A stretch of 64,000 nucleotides of DNA from Thermoproteota archaeon (GCA_021324265.1 JAJPJK010000009.1:802-64801), one strand, 5' to 3'; counted from the stretch's first letter, positions 1 to 10,543 are shown. The notes: generated by a model from the letters alone, not told the origin. Made by a program: numbers and translations.

Positions 1-438
1 CATTTCTCTATCTAAATTCCTGAATGCAGTTAAATAGCCTGACGAATCGATTATATAATCTGCGTTTTCCTCCTTGAACTTAAAAAACTTCCCCATTTCT
101 ATCTTTCCTCCTTTTTTAATTACTACATCTGCAAGATCTTGCAAAAAAGCAGCCTTGTTTATTATGATCCCCTTGTCCTTGAATGGTGAGCTTATAGTTC
201 GTAAATAAACACCCTCGAAATAAATATTCACTTGCTTGAACCTAGTGAGTATCCACTTATGGTTTTCATGAATATCAAAAGGTAATACTTCAAGCGCCTC
301 TCCATGAAGCGCTTCGCCGCAAGGCTTGAAAGCGAATACGTTCCTCCCTTCATATACCTTAACATCATGCCCTCGTTCCAATGCATGATATGCAAAGGTT
401 AAACCTGCTGGACCTGCTCCAATTATTAAGAACTTCAT
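1..438 (-). CDS. FAD-dependent oxidoreductase, geranylgeranyl-reductase family (N-terminal 146 codons; gene continues past window start)
   Basis: Not in ORF track because there is no stop in the window. Reverse-strand ATG at 436-438. Translation MKFLIIGAGPAGLTFAYHALERGHDVKVYEGRNVFAFKPCGEAL shows a GxGxxG FAD fold plus the KPCGE motif of GGR-type flavoproteins. Confidence 0.6.
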   Translation of the reverse strand, partial: MKFLIIGAGPAGLTFAYHALERGHDVKVYEGRNVFAFKPCGEALHGEALEVLPFDIHENHKWILTRFKQVNIYFEGVYLRTISSPFKDKGIIINKAAFLQDLADVVIKKGGKIEMGKFFKFKEENADYIIDSSGYLTAFRNLDREM

Positions 439-446
439 GTCATGCT

Positions 447-797
447 TCAGCTTTCCTTATATGCTATTGCCTCGATTTCAACAATTGAACCCATGGGGAG
501 AGAATTGACGAAGACCATAGATCTTGCAGGAAAACCTTCCTTGAAGTAGGATGAGTATACTTCATTGAACACCCTAGCTTGTGTTGGATCTGCAAGATAT
601 ACTGTAACTTTCGCGATATCTTCAATTCTAAGGTCATTTTGGCTCAGAACATCTTTGAGATTCTCCATTACTTGCTTAAATGCCTGTCTTGGATCAGTTT
701 CGACTACTCCTTTTTCGTTCAAAGGTATAACGCCAGAAATGAAGAAAAAGGAAGATGCTTTCTTAACCAGTGAGTAAGGCCCAATTGGCTTATACAT
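447..797 (-). CDS. ridA: RidA/YjgF/UK114-family reactive-intermediate deaminase
   Basis: 116 aa. N-terminal PIGPYS, central ISGVIPL and C-terminal VEIEAIA pattern typical of the family. Confidence 0.8.
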   Translation of the reverse strand: MYKPIGPYSLVKKASSFFFISGVIPLNEKGVVETDPRQAFKQVMENLKDVLSQNDLRIEDIAKVTVYLADPTQARVFNEVYSSYFKEGFPARSMVFVNSLPMGSIVEIEAIAYKES

Positions 798-804
798 AAC
801 TTAA

Positions 805-1089
805 CTATACTTTTTCTAGGAATAAAATGGCTTCGTCAATGCTTTTAAATATACTCTCTTCTCCTCCCTTCTCTAAAGAGATTGATTCTATATCGAAATT
901 GTTGATGAGATCTCTTAGAGTTAGATTCCCAAAAGCTTGAAACCACTTCACTTGCAATCCTGTGGTTTTATCCTCCACTTTTATTGCTTTCCCCAATACT
1001 AGTGAATATTTGACTTTTTTAAAATCTATTCTGAGTAAAAACTTTTTGTTCATAGCCAACTCTCTTAATCTATTCAATTTTGCTTCCAA
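805..1089 (-). CDS. hypothetical protein (94 aa)
   Basis: ORF tightly packed between ridA and hisS on the same strand. No motif recognised. Confidence 0.4.
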   Translation of the reverse strand: MEAKLNRLRELAMNKKFLLRIDFKKVKYSLVLGKAIKVEDKTTGLQVKWFQAFGNLTLRDLINNFDIESISLEKGGEESIFKSIDEAILFLEKV

Positions 1090-1101
1090 TGAGACTTTTT
1101 T

Positions 1102-2397
1102 CTAATCTTTTCTTTTAAATTTTAGCAAGAAATCAGCAAGATTATCTATAGCAACCTCATACTGTGTTCTCTCCTTTAGATTTCTCACTGCAACTTTTCC
1201 TTCACGCAATTCCTTTGAACCTAATATTATGAAAAGATCATAGCCAAGCTTCGAGGCCTTGGCCAATGCCTGAGCGATGTCTTTTTCTCCAGTTTCTATT
1301 ACTGCTTGGAAATCATGCTTCCTTAGAATTGCAGCTATTTCAAAAACTTTTGATACCAAAGAATCACTTTGATCAAGCGCAAATATCATTGCACTGGATA
1401 AGTTTTTTTTGAATTCCTTCTTCAGTAACAAAGCTATTCTATCTATCCCAAGCGCACATCCTGTAGCTGGCGTCTTCGGTCCACCGTAATATTCGATGAG
1501 CAAGTCATATCTTCCGCCTCCTCCTATTGAAACCTCCAGTTCCTTATGCTGGAATTCGTAGATGATGCCTGTATAATACTCTATACCCCTCGCAAAAGAT
1601 AGATCGAGAACAATTTCTTTTATGCCTATAAGTCTTAGAACATCATATATGTACTTTATATCATTTACAGTTTCTTTCAATTCTTCATTCTTCAAAAGAT
1701 GGAGAGCTTCAGAGATCTTCGCTTCAGCAGTTCCTTGGAGATTCGCAAGCTGCGATATGGATTCATATGCCTCATTACCTTTTTCATATTTATTGAGCTC
1801 TTTCTTTAGATCATCGAACTTACGCTTATCAGTCAAGTAAAGGAAATAAGGCAAAGAACCATATTCAACACCTGCATTCAAGAAAATTTTCTTTATTAGA
1901 TCCATGCTACCTAGCTTAAGGCTAACTTCTCCGAGTTCTAACGTTTCGAAAATGTCATATGCAAGCCTTATCACCTCGATATCTGCAAGCGCACTTTTAG
2001 AGCCTAGATGCTCAAAACCGGCTTGCCAGAATTCCCTGTATCTAGCTTTTTGAGGCTCATCGTATCTAAATACATTGGCAAAGTAGGAAATCCTCAATGG
2101 CTTAGGCATGACCTGTAGCTTATTTATGAATACCCTTGCAACGGAAGGAGTTAATTCAGGCCTCAACGCAATTTTTCTCCCTGAAAGGTCATCGAAAACA
2201 TACATCCTTTTGGTTATTTCATATCCAGATTTCTCAGCGAATAGCGAATAATATTCTATCGTAGGAAGTATCGCTTCTCTATAACCGTACTTGTAACTAA
2301 TCTCTCTACTTATGTCAATAATATAGAGTAATTTTTCAGCCTCATCATAGAGCAGATCGCGCATTCCTCTAACAAGCTGTGGCTTCTCCTGCTTCAT
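1102..2397 (-). CDS. hisS: histidine--tRNA ligase
   Basis: Class II aaRS. VRGMRDLL N-terminal motif, FRYDEPQKARYREFWQ (motif 2), GGGGRYD and GCALGIDR (motif 3). ATG at 2395-2397 forms an ATGA overlap with the upstream stop. The longer ORF-track start at 2418 is also possible. Confidence 0.9.
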   Translation of the reverse strand: MKQEKPQLVRGMRDLLYDEAEKLLYIIDISREISYKYGYREAILPTIEYYSLFAEKSGYEITKRMYVFDDLSGRKIALRPELTPSVARVFINKLQVMPKPLRISYFANVFRYDEPQKARYREFWQAGFEHLGSKSALADIEVIRLAYDIFETLELGEVSLKLGSMDLIKKIFLNAGVEYGSLPYFLYLTDKRKFDDLKKELNKYEKGNEAYESISQLANLQGTAEAKISEALHLLKNEELKETVNDIKYIYDVLRLIGIKEIVLDLSFARGIEYYTGIIYEFQHKELEVSIGGGGRYDLLIEYYGGPKTPATGCALGIDRIALLLKKEFKKNLSSAMIFALDQSDSLVSKVFEIAAILRKHDFQAVIETGEKDIAQALAKASKLGYDLFIILGSKELREGKVAVRNLKERTQYEVAIDNLADFLLKFKRKD

Positions 2398-3278
2398 ATC
2401 GATGCTAAGAAAAAGCATAGGAGAGATAAAAACATAGCAAATAAATATCTGTTCTTCGTTATGTATGCTTGATTTTTCTCAGGCTTTTTGAGCACTAAAT
2501 AACTATAATACATGAAGATAAAGTCTGCTAAAATTAAGAGTGGTATGAAGTAAATGTTCAAATATCCCAAAATGAATGGAGTGAAGCTGAGTGCTACAGC
2601 TATTGCTATGAACACAAAGGCAAGCTTCGATGCGAAATCAGGACCTTTCGTATTTGCTATGGTTTTTATTCCTATAGCCCTATCTCCTACAATATCTACA
2701 ATACCTTTCACGATCTCTCTGCTCAAGTTAGAAAGAAAGGATAAGATGCATAAAATCATGATGGTGAAGAAATTGTTCATGCCTACTAGACTTGCGCCAT
2801 ATATAAAGGGCAACGTTGTAGTATAGGCTACTGCGATGTTGCCAAGAAGGCCTCTTCGTTTGAGCAGAAAGTTGTAAAGATATGCAACGATGATGCCACT
2901 AAATGCTATGGCAATGGAAATGGGATTGAGCAAAGATAAGGCTATGATGATGCCCATTACTGCAAGTAAAATAGCATAATAAAATGCGAAACTCCTTGTT
3001 ATTAGGCCGGCAGGTATAGGTTTCTTGGGGAAGTTTATTGCGTCTATTTCATAATCAACATAATCATTAAGAGCCATGGAAGAAGCTGAAAGGAAGAAAC
3101 CTACTAAAAAAGGTAGCAAAAGATTTGAGACACCTAAAACTTCTCCAAACAGGCTTGATAATGGAACTGAATACCAGTTGTGATTGGATATTTGAAGGCC
3201 GACCAATACACCTATGCCCATCATTATTGAATTGGGGATCCTAATGATCTTCAACGCTCCTTTTAACTTAGTGCTCAT
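2394..3278 (-). CDS. UbiA-family prenyltransferase, probable digeranylgeranylglyceryl phosphate synthase
   Basis: Polytopic membrane protein with Asp-rich motif NDYVDYEIDAINFPKKPIPAG. Size (294 aa) and archaeal context fit DGGGP synthase. Confidence 0.7.
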   Translation of the reverse strand: MSTKLKGALKIIRIPNSIMMGIGVLVGLQISNHNWYSVPLSSLFGEVLGVSNLLLPFLVGFFLSASSMALNDYVDYEIDAINFPKKPIPAGLITRSFAFYYAILLAVMGIIIALSLLNPISIAIAFSGIIVAYLYNFLLKRRGLLGNIAVAYTTTLPFIYGASLVGMNNFFTIMILCILSFLSNLSREIVKGIVDIVGDRAIGIKTIANTKGPDFASKLAFVFIAIAVALSFTPFILGYLNIYFIPLLILADFIFMYYSYLVLKKPEKNQAYITKNRYLFAMFLSLLCFFLASI

Positions 3279-3790
3279 AAGTTGATCTTAGAGGCCTCAT
3301 AGAAAGAAACATCGCTATTCGAATCTATTACAGCGAAAACCATTGTCTTACGCATCCTTATAGCAAAGGCAAGGATTTCATTGAGCTTCTCTATTTCAAG
3401 GCTTTCGCCCTCATGCAAAATAGAAACAATGTATTTTGCAGCCTCTTCCTTTATGGAACTTCCTTTTTCATAAAGCAAGAAATCATATGGTCCTCCATAG
3501 CCCTTGCGAACCAAGTAATTCTTTTCTCTAAGTTTGAGATAAACAAGGAATTTCTCCCAAACTCGACGATCGTTCTTTAAAAAATATTTCAGTGCATCAT
3601 CGAAGCTCAAATCATTGTTATTGTATTCTATCGAGGCCTGATTCTTGAAAAGCAAATAGAGCGCTTCAAAGTTTTCCAATCTAAGATCATCACCTTCTTC
3701 AAAGCCATACCCTTGATCCATTAGCCTAGCAGCATATTTTTTAGGTATCTTTACATTGAAATTCTCATCCATGATGAGCTTGAGATTCAT
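3275..3790 (-). CDS. endA: tRNA-splicing (intron) endonuclease
   Basis: 171 aa, the archaeal EndA size. C-terminal catalytic-domain pattern RKGYGGPYDFLLYEKG...SILHEG. 4-nt overlap with the downstream gene. Confidence 0.7.
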   Translation of the reverse strand: MNLKLIMDENFNVKIPKKYAARLMDQGYGFEEGDDLRLENFEALYLLFKNQASIEYNNNDLSFDDALKYFLKNDRRVWEKFLVYLKLREKNYLVRKGYGGPYDFLLYEKGSSIKEEAAKYIVSILHEGESLEIEKLNEILAFAIRMRKTMVFAVIDSNSDVSFYEASKINL

Positions 3791-3824
3791 ATAAAGATAA
3801 TATTAGGCTATCTTTAATACATCT

Positions 3825-4841
3825 ATGCTCATAAACATTAGGTATGAAGATGGAGAGGTCAAGTTCATCGATACTACGCTATTACCAAATAAGTTCAGAA
3901 TAGTTTCTACAAAAGATCCTGATGTGATAATTGAAGCGATAAGGAAGATGAAGATTAGAGGTGCTCCTGCAATCGGTGCAGCATCTGCACTTTGCTTAGC
4001 TCTGGCTGCGAACAAAGCTCAGAAGAATAATAAAGAAGAACTGAAAAAGATCATCGATGACTATGCTAGGAAGCTCATCGAAGCAAGGCCTACTGCATAT
4101 AACATGTACTATGCTATCAAGCGAATTCAACGCGTCATTGAGGAAAATGACAATGATATAAGACAAAAGATTCTCGATGAAGCACTTAAGATATGTGAAG
4201 AAGACATAGAAGCTAATAGGAAAATAGCAGAATTGGGGGCTTCTCTAATAAAGGATGGAGACAGGATCTTAACACATTGCAACACTGGCGCGCTTGCAAC
4301 AGTGGGCATAGGAACAGCATTGGGAATAATTTCCTATGCAGCTAAAACGAAGAAAATATTTGTCTACGCAACAGAAACAAGGCCTGTGCTCCAAGGGGCT
4401 AGGCTTACTGCATGGGAATTAAGGGCCCAGAAAATACCTTATAAAATTCTTCCAGATAGCGCTGTAGGCTACTTACTGAAGAGAGGAGAAGTTGACAAGA
4501 TATTTGTGGGAGCAGATAGGATATTCTCGACAGGCCATGTCATTAACAAAATAGGCACTTTTACTATTGCAGTTTTGGCTAAACGCTTCAACATTCCTTT
4601 CTATGTTGCAGCGCCTACGAGCACGATAGATTTCAAGAATAAGGTTGAGGATGTTAAGGTTGAGGAGAGATCGAGAGAAGAAGTTATAAGGATAAAAAGA
4701 CTTTACATCGCTCCAAAGGATGCAAATGCCTTTAATCCTGCTTTCGACATCACAGATCCTGAGCTAATCGATGCGATAATAACTGAAAAAGGTATTGTAT
4801 ACAGACCTTTTGAAAGAAGTCTCAAAGAATTGATATTATAG
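3825..4841 (+). CDS. mtnA: eIF-2B alpha/beta/delta-family isomerase, methylthioribose-1-phosphate isomerase subgroup
   Basis: KIRGAPAIGAASA motif, ATETRPVLQGARLTAWEL, GADRI; 338 aa. Confidence 0.65.
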   Translation: MLINIRYEDGEVKFIDTTLLPNKFRIVSTKDPDVIIEAIRKMKIRGAPAIGAASALCLALAANKAQKNNKEELKKIIDDYARKLIEARPTAYNMYYAIKRIQRVIEENDNDIRQKILDEALKICEEDIEANRKIAELGASLIKDGDRILTHCNTGALATVGIGTALGIISYAAKTKKIFVYATETRPVLQGARLTAWELRAQKIPYKILPDSAVGYLLKRGEVDKIFVGADRIFSTGHVINKIGTFTIAVLAKRFNIPFYVAAPTSTIDFKNKVEDVKVEERSREEVIRIKRLYIAPKDANAFNPAFDITDPELIDAIITEKGIVYRPFERSLKELIL

Positions 4842-5631
4842 GTATATTCGAATCTTTGCTAACCCTGATTTCCAGTTCCTTTAAAATTTTCTTATTTTTC
4901 ACCTGTAAAAAGGCCATAGCTATTATTTTTGAATCCATCCTAGCCCTCCTCAACAACGTAACCAATGCTAGATAGTCATCCGGAACATCCAAGCTATGAC
5001 CAACGATTAATATGCGATCGTTTGGCTTTATGGAATGCTTAGGTAAAGCTATGCTTTTCCTTATCTCAGCGCCAGTGCTTGAGCTCTTTATTACATAGTT
5101 ATATTCAATTCGCTTTTCTGGAAAGAGATACCTTTCCTCATATGCCAAGATGAGCTTAGATTTCGATAACATAGCTAGAGAATAGCCCAAAAAGGCATCT
5201 TTGTAAGCGAAACAGACTACTTTGTTGAAGTTAGATGGTAGCAATGAATGGAGGATGTAAGATGAGAAAAAATAGTAAAATTGAGGATTGATTACTTGGA
5301 TGCCGGACTCTTCCTGAAGCTTGCTCATAAGTTTCATCATCAACTTCTTATCCAGACTTTTAGTTATGATCACTTCAGCCTTGCTAACACTCGGCAATAC
5401 ATGACCAGATAAATATCTAGAGAGTGTTGAAGGATCGATGTTGAATATGCTTGCAAGTTCTCTATAAGTAGAGAAGCTTTTTATTGAACGTAGAAGTTCC
5501 ACAGCGAATATCTTCATCTGATTCAAGCGTAGCTTATTTTCTTCAGACTTAGGATCTTGAGAGTTGGACGATTCATCATCCAAGAACATTTTCGCAAATA
5601 ATTTTCGAAAAAGTTTAAATACTTTTCCCAT
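4822..5631 (-). CDS. HTH-domain protein with possible phosphoribosyltransferase-like C-terminal domain (putative regulator)
   Basis: HTH-like YRELASIFNIDPSTLSRYLSG. C-terminal DRILIVGHSLDVPDDY only loosely resembles a PRTase loop. The ORF-track start at 5712 would overlap speH, so the ATG at 5631 is preferred. Start is uncertain. Confidence 0.35.
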   Translation of the reverse strand: MGKVFKLFRKLFAKMFLDDESSNSQDPKSEENKLRLNQMKIFAVELLRSIKSFSTYRELASIFNIDPSTLSRYLSGHVLPSVSKAEVIITKSLDKKLMMKLMSKLQEESGIQVINPQFYYFFSSYILHSLLPSNFNKVVCFAYKDAFLGYSLAMLSKSKLILAYEERYLFPEKRIEYNYVIKSSSTGAEIRKSIALPKHSIKPNDRILIVGHSLDVPDDYLALVTLLRRARMDSKIIAMAFLQVKNKKILKELEIRVSKDSNIPIISIL

Positions 5632-5658
5632 AACAAAGTAAAACAAGGAAAAGCGTAG

Positions 5659-6054
5659 GTGGGACAAAAACCTATTCAGGTAGGTAAGAAGGAAAAAGTC
5701 ATTGGAAAACATGTATACGGAAATCTGTACGAATGCGATTTAAACGCGATTTCTAACGAAGAATATCTCAAAGAAACAGTAATCAATGCTGCAAAAATTG
5801 CTAACATGCACCTAGTAGATATTCATTCATGGAGTTTCGAGGGGCCCAAAGGTGGAATATCTGTAATCGCCTTAATATCTGAAAGCCACATATCGATCCA
5901 TTCATGGAAAGAATACAATTATGCAAGCGTCGACGTATATACCTGTGGTTACAAGAGCAAACCAATGAAGGCCTTTAAATACATCCTCGAAAGACTAAAA
6001 CCCAAAAAATACAATCTACACAAGGTAAAAAGGCTAGGATATAAACTATACTAA
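5659..6054 (+). CDS. speH: S-adenosylmethionine decarboxylase proenzyme (pyruvoyl, small archaeal/bacterial type)
   Basis: GKHVYGNLYECD, self-processing site LISES-HISIHSWKE, VDVYTCG. The only in-frame start upstream of the conserved N-terminus is GTG 5659. Confidence 0.8.
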   Translation: MGQKPIQVGKKEKVIGKHVYGNLYECDLNAISNEEYLKETVINAAKIANMHLVDIHSWSFEGPKGGISVIALISESHISIHSWKEYNYASVDVYTCGYKSKPMKAFKYILERLKPKKYNLHKVKRLGYKLY

Positions 6055-6059
6055 ATTTT

Positions 6060-6692
6060 TTATTTTCTTGGTCTCCTTTCTCCTTTAACTATGTAGAGTA
6101 CAGCCTCAGCTATATATGAAGCATGATCAGCTATCCTTTCTAAATACCGCAATATCAGCGTTGCAGAAACTGCGCATCTCAAATCTTGTGGCTTTTCCTT
6201 TATCAGATTTGATAGATGGGATTCATAAATGTCATCGATATCATCATCCATCTTATCGACCTCTTCTGCTTTTGCGAGATCTTTATTTATGAAGGCTTCA
6301 ATGCTGAGATTAATCATTTTATGAACTATGTCATTAGCTTTAATTATCTTAGTTTGGTCGCAAGATGATAGATCGCCAAAAACTTCAAGGACTTGCATAA
6401 TGTCATAAGCGTATCTTCCAAATCTTGAAAAGCCATAAGCTATCTCCATACAAGACTTAATGTATCTTAAATCCGAAGCAACTGGCTGATATCTCGCTAT
6501 TAGCTCAACTGCAAGCTCACTAACTTCATCTTGTAATATCCTAAGCGTCTCAGAGTTATTGAATATCTTCTCAGTCAGTCTTTCATTCTTTAAATAAGCA
6601 CGCACAGCTAGTTCAACAGTTTCCCTCGATAGATTAGCCATCCTTATTATCTTGGAATTAAGCCTAGCAAGACCTTCGTCTATTAGCCTCAT
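6060..6692 (-). CDS. phoU: phosphate transport system regulator PhoU
   Basis: 210 aa, two PhoU repeats, [10 protein letters not shown] motif. 4-nt overlap with pstB. Confidence 0.85.
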   Translation of the reverse strand: MRLIDEGLARLNSKIIRMANLSRETVELAVRAYLKNERLTEKIFNNSETLRILQDEVSELAVELIARYQPVASDLRYIKSCMEIAYGFSRFGRYAYDIMQVLEVFGDLSSCDQTKIIKANDIVHKMINLSIEAFINKDLAKAEEVDKMDDDIDDIYESHLSNLIKEKPQDLRCAVSATLILRYLERIADHASYIAEAVLYIVKGERRPRK

Positions 6693-7459
6693 CCAAACTT
6701 ACCTGTGATATATCTTTCAGTTAACTCGTTTTTAGGAGTTTCGAACAGTTCCTCTGTAGGTGCGAATTCGATGAGCTTACCTAGATACATAAATGCTGTG
6801 TAATCAGCGATCCTCGCAGCTTGTTGCATGTTATGTGTTACTATGACAATTGTATATTCCCTTTTAAGCTCTACGAGAAGTTGTTCAATCTTCGAAGTAG
6901 CTACTGGATCCAGTGCAGAAGTTGGCTCATCTAACAGAATTACCTCTGGATTATATGCTATCGCTCTAGCGATGCATAACCTTTGCTGCTGACCGCCAGA
7001 TAGACTTGCACCTGATTTATGCAATGCGTCCTTAACTTCATCGAGTAAATAAGCCTTCTTAAGCGAATCCATAACGATCTCGTCAATTTTCTTCTTATCC
7101 CTAATACCATTTATCTTCAGCCCGATCGCAACATTGTCATAGACTGAAAGCATAGGAAATGGGTTTGGTTTTTGGAAAACCATACCCATGTGACGCCTTA
7201 TCTCAACAGGATCTACTTTGCTATCGTAAATATTACCTTTGAAATTCTTTCCATAAAAATAGATTTCGCCTTCCACTCTATTGCCTGGTGTGAGTTCATG
7301 GAGGCGATTCAAGCAGCGAAGGAAAGTAGTTTTTCCGCATCCTGAAGGACCTATTATTGCAGTTATGTTGTATCTAGGAATTTGAAGACTCACATTATAT
7401 AGAACTTGCTTCTCTCCATACCAAGCATTGAGATTTTTGACATCGATGATGATATCCAT
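6689..7459 (-). CDS. pstB: phosphate ABC transporter ATP-binding protein
   Basis: Walker [10 protein letters not shown], signature LSGGQQQR, Walker [12 protein letters not shown]. Confidence 0.95.
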   Translation of the reverse strand: MDIIIDVKNLNAWYGEKQVLYNVSLQIPRYNITAIIGPSGCGKTTFLRCLNRLHELTPGNRVEGEIYFYGKNFKGNIYDSKVDPVEIRRHMGMVFQKPNPFPMLSVYDNVAIGLKINGIRDKKKIDEIVMDSLKKAYLLDEVKDALHKSGASLSGGQQQRLCIARAIAYNPEVILLDEPTSALDPVATSKIEQLLVELKREYTIVIVTHNMQQAARIADYTAFMYLGKLIEFAPTEELFETPKNELTERYITGKFG

Positions 7460-7461
7460 AT

Positions 7462-8352
7462 TTATCTTATCATCCTTCTTTCGATTAAAATTCTCAATGC
7501 TATATTAAGGATTAAAACGACAAGTATCAGCAATAGAGATGCTGCCCAAGCTTGTGCTCTATAATCTTCATACGGAGATAACCCATAGGTAAATATCGCC
7601 AAAGGTAAGGCTCCAATTCTATCATAGAAACTCGTAAACCAATAAAAACTCCCCAATACTGTAAGTAGAAGCGGTGCTGCTTCTCCAGCTATCCTCGAAA
7701 GTGCCAGTATATAAGACAATATTAGCCCTCCTCTAGCATAGCTAAGCGATATTGTTAAAACCATTCTCCAGCGTGGCATACCCATAGCCAATGCTGCTTC
7801 CTTTATAGAAGTAGGCACTAAATTAAGTGCTTCTTCAACAGATTTTGTCACTATCGGTATCATCAAAAGCGCAAGAGATATAGATCCTGCAATCGCAGAG
7901 AAACCTGTCGGGCCTATGCAAATGCTGCCTAAGCATAGAGCATTGATTCCAAATAACTTGAAAATGTCTCCTCTGACAATGATTACATAGACGAATATGC
8001 CTATAACTATTGCTGGAAATTCAGCAAAGACATCAACAAAAAACCGAACAACAGGAGCAAATTTATGCTCTCTGTATTCAGATATAAATATTCCCATTAG
8101 TAATCCTACGGGGAATCCTATTAAAGAGGCTACAGCTGAGAGAATAATTGTTCCTTGAATATAGTTGCCTATACCTCCGCCTGGAATTCCAGGTGGTGCT
8201 GGGAGATTTGTTAAAAGACTAAAAGAAATTGCAGAAATTCCGTTCGCAATAACTTCCGCCAATATCCAGATCAAGGGAACGAGAGTTATTATCAGAGCTA
8301 GAGAACAAATAGCTACAAAAAGGATGTTATAAAGTTTTATTTTCTTGATCAT
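7462..8352 (-). CDS. pstA: phosphate ABC transporter permease PstA
   Basis: Polytopic permease with EAA-type loop [13 protein letters not shown]. Position in pst operon. Confidence 0.85.
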   Translation of the reverse strand: MIKKIKLYNILFVAICSLALIITLVPLIWILAEVIANGISAISFSLLTNLPAPPGIPGGGIGNYIQGTIILSAVASLIGFPVGLLMGIFISEYREHKFAPVVRFFVDVFAEFPAIVIGIFVYVIIVRGDIFKLFGINALCLGSICIGPTGFSAIAGSISLALLMIPIVTKSVEEALNLVPTSIKEAALAMGMPRWRMVLTISLSYARGGLILSYILALSRIAGEAAPLLLTVLGSFYWFTSFYDRIGALPLAIFTYGLSPYEDYRAQAWAASLLLILVVLILNIALRILIERRMIR

Positions 8353-9260
8353 ATCGCTAGCCTCATGAATCTTGTTGTCCTGTATATTATCAGCCTTGCA
8401 ACTACGATATTAGCAAGCGCTATAACGAAAAGTACAAAACCTGCAGCGATAAGAGCGCTATAATGCAAAGGGCTAGTCGCTTCTGTAAATTCATTGACGA
8501 TCAAAGATGGCAATGTATAACCAGTAGCAAAAATGCTATTTGGGAAAAGATGGCTTCCACCTATCACCATAGCTACTGCCATAGCTTCTCCGAAAGCTCT
8601 TGCAAAACCTAACATTATTGCTGCAATGATCGTTAGTTTGATATGAGTGAAAATTATTCTTGCAGACTGATAACGCATCGCTCCCAAAGCTATGGCAGCT
8701 TCCTTTATACTAGCAGGCAGAAGTTCTATAGCTTCCTTAGTTATTGAAGTGATGGTTGGTAGTATCATAATTGCTAGCAATATACCTGCAGTCAAAATAC
8801 CGTAACCTGTGATTGCCCCTCCGAAGCCTGGCAAGAAGTAAAAAGCACTTTGAAGCGGTACATATATGTTATCACGCAGAAATGGAACAAGAACCAATAT
8901 CCCCCAAAGACCATATACTACACTAGGTACTGCTGCAAGAAGTTCAACGAGAGAAGTGATATAAATTTTCAATCTTGAAGGAACTAGCTCAGAAATGAAA
9001 TACGAAGTAAGTAAAGCTACAGGTATCGCTAAAATTAAAGCTATGAAACATGTTAGGAATGAACCCAATATTACTGGTGCAATTCCGAAGACTCCTCTTA
9101 CAGGATCCCATGTGCTACTTAAAATGAAATTAAAACCGAAAATATCGAATATTGATGAAGAGCCTCTATAAAGTTCAAAACCTAAGAGAAATACGATGAC
9201 TACGAATAATGCCGAGATAAATAGAAGAATATAGAGAAAAATCTTATCTCCTCGCATCAA
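8349..9260 (-). CDS. pstC: phosphate ABC transporter permease PstC
   Basis: Polytopic permease with loop EAAIALGAMRYQS. Position in pst operon. Confidence 0.85.
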   Translation of the reverse strand: MMRGDKIFLYILLFISALFVVIVFLLGFELYRGSSSIFDIFGFNFILSSTWDPVRGVFGIAPVILGSFLTCFIALILAIPVALLTSYFISELVPSRLKIYITSLVELLAAVPSVVYGLWGILVLVPFLRDNIYVPLQSAFYFLPGFGGAITGYGILTAGILLAIMILPTITSITKEAIELLPASIKEAAIALGAMRYQSARIIFTHIKLTIIAAIMLGFARAFGEAMAVAMVIGGSHLFPNSIFATGYTLPSLIVNEFTEATSPLHYSALIAAGFVLFVIALANIVVARLIIYRTTRFMRLAI

Positions 9261-9278
9261 AGTTCTAAAAAACTATTG

Positions 9279-10439
9279 CTATAAATTCATTCCGTTGTAT
9301 GTTACCATCGATAGCGTCTGTAGATCTAGATTCTGAACAGATTGTGGCAGTGGCACATAATATAGATTTGTTGCATATTGTTGCCCATCAGTAACGAGCC
9401 ACTTTAAGAAGTTAACCAATGCTTGAGCTTTTTCTTTTGTCATGTTAGGAATCTTAGAGAGCTCTTTGTGTATAACGATATATGTGAAGGTGACAATAGG
9501 ATAAGCGCCAAACAAGGTATGATTGCTTTTGGACATTTGTATAAATGTTCTTACCATGGATACGCTTGACCAATCTTGATCCCCTCTAGGAAGGGAGAGA
9601 GCTACATAGCTAACAGTTTTCGAGATGCTTTCTATAGTTGGAGCTACGAATTCTCCAGTGGATGGATTTTCGACATAACCATAGTTTATGTTGTTTTTCA
9701 AGGCATATGTAAACTCCACGTAGCCTATGCTATATGGAGTATTTTTTACTGCGCTAGCAACGCCTTCACTGCCTTTACCTCCCAAGCTATTTGTTCCAGG
9801 CCAATTCACAGATAATCCAGAACCTACAGTTTGTGCCCATTCTTGTGATACAGAAGAAAGATAATCTGTAAATACGCCCGTAGTTCCACTTCCATCTGAT
9901 CTATGAACAGTCGTTATAGGCTGGTTTATATTAGCAAGTATTGGATTTAATTTAACCAATGCCGGATCGTTCCATTTCGTTATTTTCCCTAAATAAATAT
10001 CTGCGATTACTTCACCTGTGAAATTTAAGTGTGTATTCGGTGGCAAATCTGGTATATTGTATGTTAACACCACTCCTCCTATAGCTTCAGGTATATGCAA
10101 TGCATCACCGGCCTGCTGCCATGCCTGCGTGCTCAACGGAACATCTGTTGCGCCGAAATCCACTGCGTTGGCTAAGAATTGCTGTATACCTGCACCGCTT
10201 CCTATGGATGCATAATCTACTTCAACGCCATATTTTTGCTGGTAATAATAGGCTGCAGTTTGTAAGAAGTAAGTAACAAATGTTGAACCTGCTCCAGATA
10301 TTCTGATCGGTTGAGATCCTTGCGAACCTGAAGTTCCTGGATTGTTTGAAAGCATCCAGTAAGCTACACCTCCAATTGCAACTATAGCTACTATAACTAT
10401 ACTCAATACCAACCTGCTCATCCCAGAGCTATCCATCAC
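9279..10439 (-). CDS. pstS: phosphate ABC transporter substrate-binding protein
   Basis: N-terminal anchor helix, Gly/Ser linker, ISGAGSTF, GSGAGIQQF and DFGATDVPL motifs. Confidence 0.85.
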   Translation of the reverse strand: MMDSSGMSRLVLSIVIVAIVAIGGVAYWMLSNNPGTSGSQGSQPIRISGAGSTFVTYFLQTAAYYYQQKYGVEVDYASIGSGAGIQQFLANAVDFGATDVPLSTQAWQQAGDALHIPEAIGGVVLTYNIPDLPPNTHLNFTGEVIADIYLGKITKWNDPALVKLNPILANINQPITTVHRSDGSGTTGVFTDYLSSVSQEWAQTVGSGLSVNWPGTNSLGGKGSEGVASAVKNTPYSIGYVEFTYALKNNINYGYVENPSTGEFVAPTIESISKTVSYVALSLPRGDQDWSSVSMVRTFIQMSKSNHTLFGAYPIVTFTYIVIHKELSKIPNMTKEKAQALVNFLKWLVTDGQQYATNLYYVPLPQSVQNLDLQTLSMVTYNGMNL

Positions 10440-10543
10440 GGATTAGTGGCTATAGATAGATTTATTTATTAAGTATTTAGGTTATTTAGATATATCTTCA
10501 TCTATATAGATTTTATTTATAGTATGTAGCTTAATTTTCTTAT
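10440..10543. promoter_or_regulatory. divergent promoter region (pstS / AbrB-PhoU gene) with direct repeat ATAGATTT(T)ATTTAT
   Basis: 104-bp A/T-rich spacer. ATAGATTTATTTAT at 10456-10469 lies 17-30 nt from the pstS start. ATAGATTTTATTTAT at 10506-10520 lies 24-38 nt from ATG 10544. Confidence 0.35.
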
